The notes under the pieces are model-generated. The model was not told where the DNA came from. It did no database searches and saw nothing but the letters and a program-made list of their open reading frames with translations. 63,200 nucleotides of DNA from an uncultured Erysipelotrichaceae bacterium (lineage in GTDB: Bacteria > Bacillota_I > Bacilli_A > RF39 > UBA660): NCBI GenBank assembly GCA_902786275.1, contig CADACC010000003.1, positions 1-63,200 of the forward strand. Direction: 5' to 3'. Numbering within the stretch: position 1 is the stretch's first letter; every line of letters begins with the position of its first letter. Shown here piece after piece: positions 9,106 through 18,771 of this stretch. The translations under genes and the position numbers were made by a program.

Positions 9106-10200
9106 ATGAAGGATTTTAGTACATATCAAGCACGAAATGCATTAGAACTTAGTCAATTTTCTCCAGTTGCTAAATCACTACAATCAATTGAACTAAGTAC
9201 TATAACTGATTTAACTGAATTAAGTAGATTCACATCACTTAAACATTTAAAAGTTTATGCAATGAGTCTTATAGAACTATATGAAGACAATATAATTGAT
9301 ACTTCAACTCTTTCGTGTCTGCCAAATTTACAAAGTTTTGTTTTAGAAAATGATGACCATGTTAGAGAGTTATGCTTACGTAATAAAAAAGAATTAAAAA
9401 CTTTATCTATTACGTCTTGTCATAATTTACGAACAATACCTGGTCTAAAATCCTTAACTAACTTACAAGAATTAGTAATATATGATACCCCTAATATAGA
9501 TTTAGACTTTTTAACAAGTTTAGTTGAATTTATTAATGAACACCCTAATTTAAATAGAATTGTTTTAGATATAAACTTTTTTAACTTTTTTGATCCAAGA
9601 CAACTTGAAATTTTAAGATTTAATGGTGTTTGTTTTGCTGAGAAAATTGGAATTAGAGATAACTATATTTTTTCATTTAATATGATGAAAGAATATAATA
9701 AACGAATTTTAAAAGTGTATGAAGAAATACATTCAAGATGTAAAAAATCTGATGATATTTTATTTGCTATATATGAGTATGTTAAAAATACGGATTATGA
9801 TGATGAATCTCTTTTAAATAGACATAGATATCTTGAAAATGGTGGAAAAATATATCGATTTGATAACAGATATAAATCTGTTAATTCATCATATAGTGCA
9901 CTTATTAGAAAAAAAGCTGTTTGTGAAGGTTACGTAAATCTGTTAAAATATTTTTATAAGCTAGAAGGCGTAGATTTATATCCAGTTATTTGTGAATATA
10001 AAGAGCAATCACATGTTGCTGCTAAAGCTCTGATTAATGGAATTGAGTTATACTTTGATCCTGAGCTTGACCATAGATTTAATAACCACAATAATTATGG
10101 TATAAGTAAAGATGAGTTTTTAAGAAATCATGATATTTCATTTTATCGTGATAATTTTGATCACTTATCTACTAATTCTGGAGATGCAAGGAAAAGATAA
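9106..10200 (+). CDS. Leucine-rich-repeat protein fused to a transglutaminase-like cysteine protease core
   Basis: LRR-type periodicity (LKHLKV, LPNLQSFVL, LKTLSITSCHNL, LTNLQELVI, NLNRIVL). C-terminal Cys-His-Asp triad context: KAVCEGY ... SHVAAKA ... YFDPELD. No signal peptide. The ATG at 9106 has a better SD (AAGGGG) than the GTG at 9094. Confidence 0.6.
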   Translation: MKDFSTYQARNALELSQFSPVAKSLQSIELSTITDLTELSRFTSLKHLKVYAMSLIELYEDNIIDTSTLSCLPNLQSFVLENDDHVRELCLRNKKELKTLSITSCHNLRTIPGLKSLTNLQELVIYDTPNIDLDFLTSLVEFINEHPNLNRIVLDINFFNFFDPRQLEILRFNGVCFAEKIGIRDNYIFSFNMMKEYNKRILKVYEEIHSRCKKSDDILFAIYEYVKNTDYDDESLLNRHRYLENGGKIYRFDNRYKSVNSSYSALIRKKAVCEGYVNLLKYFYKLEGVDLYPVICEYKEQSHVAAKALINGIELYFDPELDHRFNNHNNYGISKDEFLRNHDISFYRDNFDHLSTNSGDARKR

Positions 10201-10202
10201 TT

Positions 10203-11864
10203 ATGAAAAAATTTTTACAAGAATATTTAGAAAATAATAAAGTTGATGTTCCTATTGAAACTAGGTTAGAAGATGGAACTACATATACAAGTATAATTAG
10301 TTATTTTAATTATAATGGAGATTACTTTAATATATCTGATATTAATAAATATATTGATGATATTGATCCTAAGTTTTTATATGAGGTAAATTTCCATGGT
10401 TTATATCATTCACAAAAGGTTACTTTTTTTGCATATTTAATTGGTAAAAAGTTAAACCTTTCCCAAGAAGATATGAGAATATTAATGGATGCGGCTAGAT
10501 ATCATGACTGCGGAAGAAAAAGTGATTTTGAAGAAGATTTACATGGCTTAGCGTCTGCTAATAGAATACATGAGAAGATTCATTATGAGAATCCAAATGA
10601 TATGTACTTATTAAAGGCTATAGTTGAAGCTCATAATCATGATGACTGTGATGATCAAAAGGTTTTTAATAACTGGGTTTTTGAAAAAGAAACAGCTGAG
10701 CTTAAAACTAATATTCCTTCATTACCACTTAGTTTCGATAGATTTAAACGTTTAAGCGACATTTTAAAAGATGCTGACGCTTTAGATAGACTTAGATTTA
10801 AAAACTGTTCAGCTGTATTAAATGAAAAATATCTAAGAATAGATTATTCAAAAACTTTGGTTAAATTATCTAAAGAATTAAATGAATATTATCTACGTAG
10901 AGAAGTGGAAGAATCCTATGCAAGTGAGAGTAAAAAACATGAAGTAGGAACTTTTGATAAGAAACTTTGTTATCATAGTATTGGCTTTGATTTTTTCAAA
11001 TTACAGGGTATTTTAAAGCATGGAATAGTATCTCATTATAATGCAATTATGAATGATATTCCAATTTCAAGAAACTTTAACGGTAATAATGGTGAGTTCT
11101 GGATATCGGTGGTTGATGCAGATTCAGAACTTCCAAATAAAAATGCATATGAAACTTATGTAAAAAATAAGATTAGTTTTTTATGCTACGTTGATGAACT
11201 TAATGAAGGTGTTGATAGAGCTAGAGAAAATGGTTCTTTAGATCCTAGAAAATCACCTGAGTATCCAGATGAAAAATTTGTATTTGATAAAATACCTCTT
11301 GAGTGTATTCAGTTTTTATCCATTCCAAGACATTTAGTTAATAAAAGTGTTATGGATCCTGAATTTGACTATATTTTCTGTAATTCTCAATATGAAATGG
11401 TGAAACTTAATGTTGAAAATTATATGGTTGAACTTGAAAAACTATGTGATATTAGAATTAACCGAGGAAAAATAAATGATATTCTTGAGGATATGAAAAA
11501 AGAACAATATGAGTACAATAGCTTAAGTAGAGGCGAAGCTCAAATAATTAAAAAAATGTATCTTGATCAAATGGATGCAGACAAAGCCAAACTAAATTCA
11601 ATTATAAGATATTACATGCAAATTGGTTTTGCTCAACTTTTAGATAAAAAACCTGATGATTTAATAACTTTAGGTGAAGTTATTGATTATCTTTTAAAAG
11701 AATATGGTATTGAATATATACCAGTTGATGAGCTTGAAAAGGTTCCATATAATGAAGATGATATTAAATTTCCATTCATGCATGATAATGATTCATACCT
11801 TTTAAGATTATCGACATTTGATTTAACCAAAAATATAAATGAAAATAATGGAAGCGCTAGATAG
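10203..11864 (+). CDS. HD-domain phosphohydrolase fused to a ~300-aa C-terminal region of unknown function
   Basis: HD motif: HSQKVTFFAYLIG...AARYHDCGR...DADALDR. Starts 2 nt after the upstream stop, so the two genes are probably translationally coupled. Confidence 0.6.
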   Translation: MKKFLQEYLENNKVDVPIETRLEDGTTYTSIISYFNYNGDYFNISDINKYIDDIDPKFLYEVNFHGLYHSQKVTFFAYLIGKKLNLSQEDMRILMDAARYHDCGRKSDFEEDLHGLASANRIHEKIHYENPNDMYLLKAIVEAHNHDDCDDQKVFNNWVFEKETAELKTNIPSLPLSFDRFKRLSDILKDADALDRLRFKNCSAVLNEKYLRIDYSKTLVKLSKELNEYYLRREVEESYASESKKHEVGTFDKKLCYHSIGFDFFKLQGILKHGIVSHYNAIMNDIPISRNFNGNNGEFWISVVDADSELPNKNAYETYVKNKISFLCYVDELNEGVDRARENGSLDPRKSPEYPDEKFVFDKIPLECIQFLSIPRHLVNKSVMDPEFDYIFCNSQYEMVKLNVENYMVELEKLCDIRINRGKINDILEDMKKEQYEYNSLSRGEAQIIKKMYLDQMDADKAKLNSIIRYYMQIGFAQLLDKKPDDLITLGEVIDYLLKEYGIEYIPVDELEKVPYNEDDIKFPFMHDNDSYLLRLSTFDLTKNINENNGSAR

Positions 11865-11879
11865 CGCTTCTATTTTTTT
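11851..11879 (+). terminator. Rho-independent terminator
   Basis: GAAGCGCT agat AGCGCTTC followed by TATTTTTTT. Confidence 0.8.
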
Positions 11880-11968
11880 ATGTTTTACGTAAATACTACT
11901 TAGGATTTAACATTATTTATGTAATTTATAGTATAATTTAATGTAAGAAAAAGAAAGGAAAGATTTAT

Positions 11969-13045
11969 ATGAAAGTAATCGTTTCCGCTGGAGGTACAGG
12001 TGGTCATATTTATCCTGCACTTGCAATTATAGATATATTAAAAAAGATGTATAAAGATTTAGACATTTTATATATAGGTACTCACAATAGAATGGAAAAA
12101 GATATTATTCCTGAAAAGGGTATAAAGTATGAAGCTATTGAAATATATGGATTTAATAAAAAAAGAGTATTAACTAATATTAAAAACTTATATCTTATCG
12201 CTAAAGCTTTTGTTAAATGTAAAAAGATAATGAAAGAGTTTAAACCTGATTTAGTTATAGGAGCTGGAGGATATGTAACATTTCCTGTTTTAAAAACTGC
12301 TCAAAAATTAGGTATTAAAACTTTTATTCATGAACAAAATAGTTTTTCTGGTAAAACTAATGTGGCTTTAGGAAAGAATGCTGACTTAATTGGTGTATCT
12401 TTTGAAAAATCAATGGATGACTATAAAAATACTAAGGGTAAAGTTTTCTTAATGGGTAATCCATGTGGTAAAAGAGCTTTAGAAATTAAACAAATAAAAA
12501 AATCTGAAGTTGGATTTAAAGAGGATTTACCACTTGTTGTTGCTGTTGCTGGTTCTCTTGGTAGTGTCACAGTAAATAATGCAATGAAAGATGTTTTAAA
12601 AAGTGTCGGAGATAAAAAATATCAACTTTTATACATAACAGGACAAGCTCACTATGATAGTTTTGTTAATGGTGAAACATTTCCTAAAAATGTAAAAGTA
12701 GTTCCATATTTTAATAATTTATCTGGTTTACTTAAATCTACTGATGTGTTAGTTTCAAGATCTGGAGCAAGTACTATGAGTGAGGTAATTGCACTTAATG
12801 TTCCAACCATATTTATCCCATCACCATATGTTGCAAATAACCATCAGTATTATAATGCACTTGACTTAGTTAATAAAAAAGCAGCTCTTATGATAGAAGA
12901 AAAGGAATTTTCTAAAGATAAGATGCTTAAATCTATTGATAAGTTACTTGAAAATAATAAAGAAATAAAAAATAATTTAAAAAATATTTCCTTAGTTGAT
13001 TCTGAAGAAGTATTTACTAAAGAAATTAAGGAGTTATTAAAATGA
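11969..13045 (+). CDS. murG: Lipid II synthase: undecaprenyl-PP-MurNAc-pentapeptide GlcNAc transferase
   Basis: SAGGTGGHIYPALAI N-terminus; C-terminal SRSGASTMSE motif. Confidence 0.95.
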   Translation: MKVIVSAGGTGGHIYPALAIIDILKKMYKDLDILYIGTHNRMEKDIIPEKGIKYEAIEIYGFNKKRVLTNIKNLYLIAKAFVKCKKIMKEFKPDLVIGAGGYVTFPVLKTAQKLGIKTFIHEQNSFSGKTNVALGKNADLIGVSFEKSMDDYKNTKGKVFLMGNPCGKRALEIKQIKKSEVGFKEDLPLVVAVAGSLGSVTVNNAMKDVLKSVGDKKYQLLYITGQAHYDSFVNGETFPKNVKVVPYFNNLSGLLKSTDVLVSRSGASTMSEVIALNVPTIFIPSPYVANNHQYYNALDLVNKKAALMIEEKEFSKDKMLKSIDKLLENNKEIKNNLKNISLVDSEEVFTKEIKELLK

Positions 13046-13932
13046 AAGAAGAATTATTAAAGTTTGGTAAAGTAAAAGAAAATGTTGATTTAAGAAACTA
13101 TAATACATATAAAGTTTCAACAACTGCTAATTATTTGGTTGATATTAAAAATGAAGAATCACTTGTTGGATTAATTTCTTATTTAAAAGAAAATCATATA
13201 AAATATTTAATACTAGGTAATGGATCAAATATTGTTTTACCTAATAGTAATTTTAATGGTGTTATTGTTAGAATAAACGAACTTAATACTATTGACATTG
13301 ATGATGATGAAGTTACAGTTGGAGCAGGTGTTATGCTTCCAAAACTAGTTAATGAGGTAGTTGATAACTGTTTAACTGGGCTTGAATGGGCCGCTGGTAT
13401 TCCTGGTACAGTAGGTGGAGCTGTTGTTGGTAATGCTGGTGCGTATTTATCTGATATTTATACTTACATTTTATCAGTAAGAGTTCTTGATAAAGATTTA
13501 AACATAAAAGAAATAAATAAAGATGAAATTAAATATTCATATAGATACTCTTCTTTTAAGGATAATAAAGATTTAATTATCTTAAGTGTTAAATTAAAAC
13601 TTGAAAAAGGAAGTTCTGATGAGTCTTTAGCAATTATGAAAAAAAGACTTGATCGAAGAATTGAGTCTCAACCACTTGAGTATCCTAGTGCTGGTAGTGT
13701 TTTTAGAAATCCTGAAGGTGATTATGCTGGAAGACTTATTGAAGCGTGTGGCCTTAAAGGAAAAACAATCGGTGGAGCTATGGTATCTGAAAAGCATGCT
13801 AATTTTATAATTAATTATAATAATGCTTCTCCTCAAGATGTAAGAGATTTAATAAAACTTGTACATGATACAGTTTTAAAAGAAACTGGAATAGATTTAA
13901 TTTTAGAACAAGAATTAATAGATTGGGAGTAA
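13042..13932 (+). CDS. murB: UDP-N-acetylenolpyruvoylglucosamine reductase
   Basis: FAD-binding LGNGSN; AAGIPGTVGGAVVGNAGAYL; GSVFRNP; ATGA overlap with murG. Confidence 0.95.
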   Translation: MKEELLKFGKVKENVDLRNYNTYKVSTTANYLVDIKNEESLVGLISYLKENHIKYLILGNGSNIVLPNSNFNGVIVRINELNTIDIDDDEVTVGAGVMLPKLVNEVVDNCLTGLEWAAGIPGTVGGAVVGNAGAYLSDIYTYILSVRVLDKDLNIKEINKDEIKYSYRYSSFKDNKDLIILSVKLKLEKGSSDESLAIMKKRLDRRIESQPLEYPSAGSVFRNPEGDYAGRLIEACGLKGKTIGGAMVSEKHANFIINYNNASPQDVRDLIKLVHDTVLKETGIDLILEQELIDWE

Positions 13933-13936
13933 TTTT

Positions 13937-14674
13937 ATGGAAAAGAAGAAGGAACGTAAAATTAATATAATTGGTTTAATAGTAATTATTTTAGTAGTTT
14001 ACCTAACTGCTTCTTTTGTGTATTATTTAATGACTCTTCCAATTAAGAATATTTATATTTATGGAAATAATTTTGTAAGTGATGCTGAAATTATTGAAAC
14101 TGCTGGAATCAAAAAGTATCCTTCAATGATTAAAGTTGGAAGAAATAAGCTTAAGAAAAAATTGCTTAAAAATGCCTTTATTGATGGGGTTAAAATTAAG
14201 AAGAAATTAAATGGAACTATAAAAATTACAATAAATGAAAGTAAGCCACTTTTTTATAATAGAAATACTAATAAAATAGTTTTATTAAATGGAAAAGAAG
14301 TTGATTCTAAATTATCATATAAGGTTCCATCACTTATTAATATTGTTCCAAATGATTTGTATAAAAAGTTAGTTAATGCATTTAGTAAAGTTAACTATGA
14401 TATTATTCTACAAATAAGTGAAATAGAATATTCACCTGATGTTATAAATGGTAAAACTATAGATTCTGATAGATTTTTACTTCGTATGATTGATGGTAAT
14501 AGTGTATATATAAATCCTGTTAATATTAAAAGATTAAATAATTATTTTGATGTTTATGATAGACTTCCAGATAACGTAAAAGGAACTTTATATTTTGATT
14601 CAAATAGTGATAACAACATGTTTAAAATATATGGTCAAAGTGAAGTAAGTGAGGTTTCACAAAATGAAAACTAA
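13937..14674 (+). CDS. divIB: Cell division protein DivIB/FtsQ (TM + POTRA)
   Basis: N-terminal TM followed by a POTRA-like segment (IKNIYIYGNNFVSDAEIIETAGI); position downstream of murB. Confidence 0.7.
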   Translation: MEKKKERKINIIGLIVIILVVYLTASFVYYLMTLPIKNIYIYGNNFVSDAEIIETAGIKKYPSMIKVGRNKLKKKLLKNAFIDGVKIKKKLNGTIKITINESKPLFYNRNTNKIVLLNGKEVDSKLSYKVPSLINIVPNDLYKKLVNAFSKVNYDIILQISEIEYSPDVINGKTIDSDRFLLRMIDGNSVYINPVNIKRLNNYFDVYDRLPDNVKGTLYFDSNSDNNMFKIYGQSEVSEVSQNEN

Positions 14675-15278
14675 CTATAACTTAGTTATGAAAGATATTA
14701 TTAATAATCTTGATAATACTCCTAGATTACTTCTTCATTCATGTTGTGGCCCTTGTTCAACTACAGTTATAAATATTTTAAGTAAATATTTTGTTGTTGA
14801 TGTTTTATACTATAATCCTAATATTGAACCTGAAGAAGAATACTTAAAAAGAAAACATGAACAAATAAAATTCATTAATGAATTTAAGGGAGATAATCCT
14901 GTTAATTTAATTGATGCTGATTATGATAATGAAGATTTTATGGAAGATCTTCATCCACTTAAAGATGAAAAAGAGGGTGGAGCAAGATGTGCAGTATGTA
15001 TTAAAAAGAGAATGGAATATACTGCTAAAAAAGCTAAAGAACTTGGTTACGACTTTTTCACAACAACTCTTACAGTAAGCCCTCACAAAAATAGTGAAAT
15101 GATTAATAAAATAGGAGCATCTTTAGAAGAAAAATATAATATTAAATTTTTATATAGTGATTTTAAAAAAGAAGATGGCTACTTAAAAAGTATTAAATAT
15201 GCTAAAGAATATGATTTATATAGACAAAACTACTGTGGATGTAGATATTCAATTTATGATGATATTGATGGTGATTAA
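14664..15278 (+). CDS. queH: Epoxyqueuosine reductase QueH (DUF208)
   Basis: LLLHSCCGPCS, GGARCAVCIKKR, LTVSPHKNS and NYCGCRYS motifs. ATG at 14664 is preferred over the GTG at 14649. Confidence 0.85.
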   Translation: MKTNYNLVMKDIINNLDNTPRLLLHSCCGPCSTTVINILSKYFVVDVLYYNPNIEPEEEYLKRKHEQIKFINEFKGDNPVNLIDADYDNEDFMEDLHPLKDEKEGGARCAVCIKKRMEYTAKKAKELGYDFFTTTLTVSPHKNSEMINKIGASLEEKYNIKFLYSDFKKEDGYLKSIKYAKEYDLYRQNYCGCRYSIYDDIDGD

Positions 15279-15291
15279 TATCATCATTTTT
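15257..15291 (+). terminator. Rho-independent terminator overlapping the queH stop
   Basis: GATGATATT ... AATATCATC 9-bp stem followed by ATTTTTT. Confidence 0.7.
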
Positions 15292-15292
15292 T

Positions 15293-15321
15293 ATTGAAAT
15301 TAAGCATAATATTTGATAAAA
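15293..15321 (+). promoter_or_regulatory. Sigma-A type promoter of rpsB-tsf
   Basis: TTGAAA (15293-15298), 17-nt spacer, TGaTAAAAT (15313-15321). Confidence 0.6.
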
Positions 15322-15444
15322 TACTATTGGCCTTAAAAAAAGGAAAAATACACATTAATGGGGATTATTTATATCGAGTGCCACTTGTGGTGTTATAGAT
15401 AAGTAGATCCATTAAGCGGAAAAAAACGAAGGAGGATGAAATTT

Positions 15445-16413
15445 ATGGCTGTAGTTTCTATGAGTTATTTATTAGAAGCTGGGGTTCATTTCGGTCATCA
15501 AACAAAAAGATGGAACCCTAAAATGAAGGAGTATATTTATACTTCTAGAGATGATATTTATATTATCGATTTACAAAAAACACAAGCTTTAATCGAAGAA
15601 GCTTATGCAGAAATTAAAAGTATCGCAGATAACGGAGGAAGTTTCTTATTTGTTGGTACTAAAAAACAAGCTAGCGAAGTAGCTAAGGAAGAAGCAATAA
15701 GATCTGAATCTTATTACGTAACTGAAAGATGGTTAGGTGGTACACTTACAAACTTCAGAACTATCAGAAGTCGTGTTAAGAGAATGGAACAAATTGAAAA
15801 AATGGAAGCAGATGGTAAATTTGATTTACTTCCTAAGAAAGAAGTTATCGGTCTTAAAAAAGAACATGATAAACTTGAAAAAATCTTAGGTGGTATCCGT
15901 GAAATGGTTAAACTTCCACAAGCAATAATTATTGTTGATCCAAAGAAGGAAGCTAACGCTATCCATGAAGCAAGAAAATTAAATATACCTGTATTTGGTA
16001 TTGTTGATACAAACTGTGATCCAGATGATGTAGACTATGTTATTCCTGGCAATGACGATGCTGTTAGATCAGTTAAAGTTATTCTTGGAGTTTTAGCAAA
16101 TGCTATTTGTGAATCTAAAGGATTAGAAATTGTTGATTATGTAACTGAAGATGAAACTAAAGTAAAAGCTCAAAAAGCTGAAAAAACTGAAGCTAAAGAA
16201 GAAGTTAAAGAAGAAAAGAAAGCTGCTAAAAAAGAAGTAGTTAAAGAAGAAGCTAAAGCTGAAGAAAAACCAGCTAAAAAAGAAACTAAAAAAGAAGAAA
16301 AAGAAGATTTATCTTCTAAAACTTTAACTGAACTTAAAGCTATCGCTAAAGAAAAAGGCGTTAAAGGTTACTCAACAATGAAAAAAGATGAACTTGTTAA
16401 AGTTCTTGGATAA
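15445..16413 (+). CDS. rpsB: 30S ribosomal protein S2 with KE-rich C-terminal extension and terminal Rho_N/SAP-like helix-extended-helix domain
   Basis: [19 protein letters not shown]..., [16 protein letters not shown] lies 9 nt upstream of the ATG at 15445. Tail: [21 protein letters not shown]...[28 protein letters not shown]. Confidence 0.95.
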   Translation: MAVVSMSYLLEAGVHFGHQTKRWNPKMKEYIYTSRDDIYIIDLQKTQALIEEAYAEIKSIADNGGSFLFVGTKKQASEVAKEEAIRSESYYVTERWLGGTLTNFRTIRSRVKRMEQIEKMEADGKFDLLPKKEVIGLKKEHDKLEKILGGIREMVKLPQAIIIVDPKKEANAIHEARKLNIPVFGIVDTNCDPDDVDYVIPGNDDAVRSVKVILGVLANAICESKGLEIVDYVTEDETKVKAQKAEKTEAKEEVKEEKKAAKKEVVKEEAKAEEKPAKKETKKEEKEDLSSKTLTELKAIAKEKGVKGYSTMKKDELVKVLG

Positions 16414-16441
16414 TTAATAATATAAGAAAGGGATTTTAATT

Positions 16442-17323
16442 ATGGAAATAACTGCTAGTATGGTTAAAGAATTACGTGAAGCTACTGGTGCTGGTATGAT
16501 GGATTGTAAAAAAGCCCTTAGCGAATGTAATGGAGATATGAATGAAGCTGGTAACTGGCTTCGTGAAAAAGGTATTGCTAAATCAGCTAAAAAAGAATCA
16601 AGAATTGCTGCTGAAGGTTTAGCTAATATCTATATTGAAGGAAATAAAGCTGTTGTTGTTGAAGTAAACTCTGAAACAGACTTCGTTTCTAAGAATGATG
16701 AATTTAAAGCAATGATCGATGAAATCGGAAATGCTATATTAAAAGGTTCTGCAAAAACTATGGATGAAGCTTTAGCTCTTCCATCAAGTGAAGGAACTAT
16801 TCAAGATTTAATTGTTGCTAAAGTTTCTAAAATTGGTGAAAAACTATCTTTCAGAAGATTTGAAGTAGTTGAAAAAACTGATGCTGACAACTTTGGAGCA
16901 TATTTACATATGGGTGGAAAAATTGCTGTTTTAGTTGTAACTGAAGGAGCTACTGAAGAAGTTGCTAAAGATGTTGCAATGCAAGCTGCAGCTATGAAAC
17001 CTAAATATGTATTTGTTGAAGATGTACCAGCTGAAGTACTTGAAGAAGAAAAGAAAGTATTAAAAGAACAAGCTATGAATGAAGGTAAACCTGCTGAAAT
17101 AGCTGAAAAAATGGTTACTGGTAGAATTAATAAATTCTATAAAGAAATTTGTTTAACTAAACAAGCATTCATCAAAGATGGTGACATCGATGTTGAAACT
17201 TATGTTAAAAATAATAAAGGTACTATTAAATCAATGGTACGTTACGAAGTAGGCGAAGGAATGCAAAAAAGAGAAGAAAACTTTGCTGAAGAAGTAATGA
17301 ACCAAGTTAACGGTACTAACTAA
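16442..17323 (+). CDS. tsf: Elongation factor Ts
   Basis: ITASMVKELREATGAGMMDCKKAL UBA-like N-terminus; SETDFVSKN motif. Confidence 0.95.
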   Translation: MEITASMVKELREATGAGMMDCKKALSECNGDMNEAGNWLREKGIAKSAKKESRIAAEGLANIYIEGNKAVVVEVNSETDFVSKNDEFKAMIDEIGNAILKGSAKTMDEALALPSSEGTIQDLIVAKVSKIGEKLSFRRFEVVEKTDADNFGAYLHMGGKIAVLVVTEGATEEVAKDVAMQAAAMKPKYVFVEDVPAEVLEEEKKVLKEQAMNEGKPAEIAEKMVTGRINKFYKEICLTKQAFIKDGDIDVETYVKNNKGTIKSMVRYEVGEGMQKREENFAEEVMNQVNGTN

Positions 17324-17333
17324 TAAATTAATT

Positions 17334-17362
17334 AGACACTTTACTAGTAAAGTGTCTTTTTA
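17334..17362 (+). terminator. Rho-independent terminator after tsf
   Basis: AGACACTTT actagt AAAGTGTCT followed by TTTTTATTT. Confidence 0.8.
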
Positions 17363-17415
17363 TTTCTTTATAAAAAATATTCAAAATAGTATAATAAATG
17401 GTATAGGTGATATCT

Positions 17416-17991
17416 ATGAAAAGATTAGTGCAAGTTATAGTTTTTATACTTTTAATAGCTGCTTTTATTTATCTTGGTTCAAGAGATTATAAAGATAAAG
17501 TTAAACAAAATAAAAAAAGTAATGATCCAAGAGATGTACTTATTAGTGATGATACTGTATTTATAGAAACAAATCATTCTAAAATACTATCTAAACTATC
17601 TACTAATTCTAGTTTTATTTTATATGCATGTATTAATGAGAATAAACTTTGTTCTAAGTATGGAATGCTTATAGATGAAATAGCTAAGAATTATGAAATT
17701 AATGATGTTTATTATTATGACTTTAAACAAGATAGAGATAATAATAATGGAACATACCAAAAAATAATATCTAAGCTTGATAAGTATTTACTTACAGATG
17801 ATTTAGGAGAACAAGACTTACACGCTCCAACACTTATTTTCGTTAAGAATGGAAGTATTTATGCTTTTGATGATAGTTTATCAAGTTATCATGGAAATAA
17901 AAAATTAGATGATGTATGGAATGAAGAAACTATCAACTATAAAAGGGAGTTTTTAATTGATACTATGGAGGGATATTTGTTAAATGAATAG
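17416..17991 (+). CDS. Membrane-anchored thioredoxin-fold-like protein lacking a CxxC site
   Basis: N-terminal TM. ILYAC(x6)C...YYYDF...APTLIFVKNGSIYAF follows the Trx beta-alpha-beta and cis-Pro pattern but has no CxxC. ATG at 17416 follows the AGGTGA SD. Confidence 0.4.
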   Translation: MKRLVQVIVFILLIAAFIYLGSRDYKDKVKQNKKSNDPRDVLISDDTVFIETNHSKILSKLSTNSSFILYACINENKLCSKYGMLIDEIAKNYEINDVYYYDFKQDRDNNNGTYQKIISKLDKYLLTDDLGEQDLHAPTLIFVKNGSIYAFDDSLSSYHGNKKLDDVWNEETINYKREFLIDTMEGYLLNE

Positions 17992-18757
17992 AAGTTTAGA
18001 AAGGAAAAAAGACTTAATAGGTGGGATACTTTTTATAAGTTTTGTTTTATTCTTAATTATTGGTGGATATTTTTTAACAAGATATATGACTAGTGATAAA
18101 GAAAAAGAAAAGGCTGCTAAAAATGAGGTTAACCAATTTAAGATTGATGATAAAAAAGATTTAGTTTATTTTGATAATGAAGAAGTTGTAAGTGATGCAA
18201 TTGATTTAGTTTATAAAGACGTTATTATCAATTTAAAAGAAGCAGATACTGTTAATGAGTTATTAAAATCACAAATGGATGAAATTAGAAAATCTGTTAA
18301 GAAAACTAGTGAAAATCAAGTTGATACAACTAGAGAAATACAATTTGATAATTCTGATATATTTTCTGCTAAGGAAAGAGATTATGTTTCCTATGAATCA
18401 GCAAACTATATTAGTTTAGTTGTAACTGATAGTGATTTTGATATATATACTGGTAGTAAAATAACTAATCAAGAATCTTACACATTTAGTTTATCTAATG
18501 GAAAAAGATTATCAAATGAAACACTACTTGGTTATAATAATTTAACACTTGATATGGTTAAAGAAAAAATTAGAGTTAAATTAACTGATGATCAAACAGA
18601 AATTAATGATGGAACTAATATTTTAGTTGATGATACTATTAATGCTATAAATGGTGAAAATGCTGTTTTATATGTTAATAGATCAGGAAAATTATGCTTA
18701 AGTTTTATTGTAAAAACATCAAATGAAAGTTATAATGATAACATAGAACTTAATTAA
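17984..18757 (+). CDS. Membrane-anchored extracytoplasmic protein, possibly DUF3298/RsiV-PdaC-like
   Basis: N-terminal TM. YTGSKITNQESYTFSLSNGKRLSNETLL resembles the DUF3298 core. 8-nt overlap with the upstream gene. Confidence 0.3.
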   Translation: MNRSLERKKDLIGGILFISFVLFLIIGGYFLTRYMTSDKEKEKAAKNEVNQFKIDDKKDLVYFDNEEVVSDAIDLVYKDVIINLKEADTVNELLKSQMDEIRKSVKKTSENQVDTTREIQFDNSDIFSAKERDYVSYESANYISLVVTDSDFDIYTGSKITNQESYTFSLSNGKRLSNETLLGYNNLTLDMVKEKIRVKLTDDQTEINDGTNILVDDTINAINGENAVLYVNRSGKLCLSFIVKTSNESYNDNIELN

Positions 18758-18771
18758 AGGAGGTTTTATAT

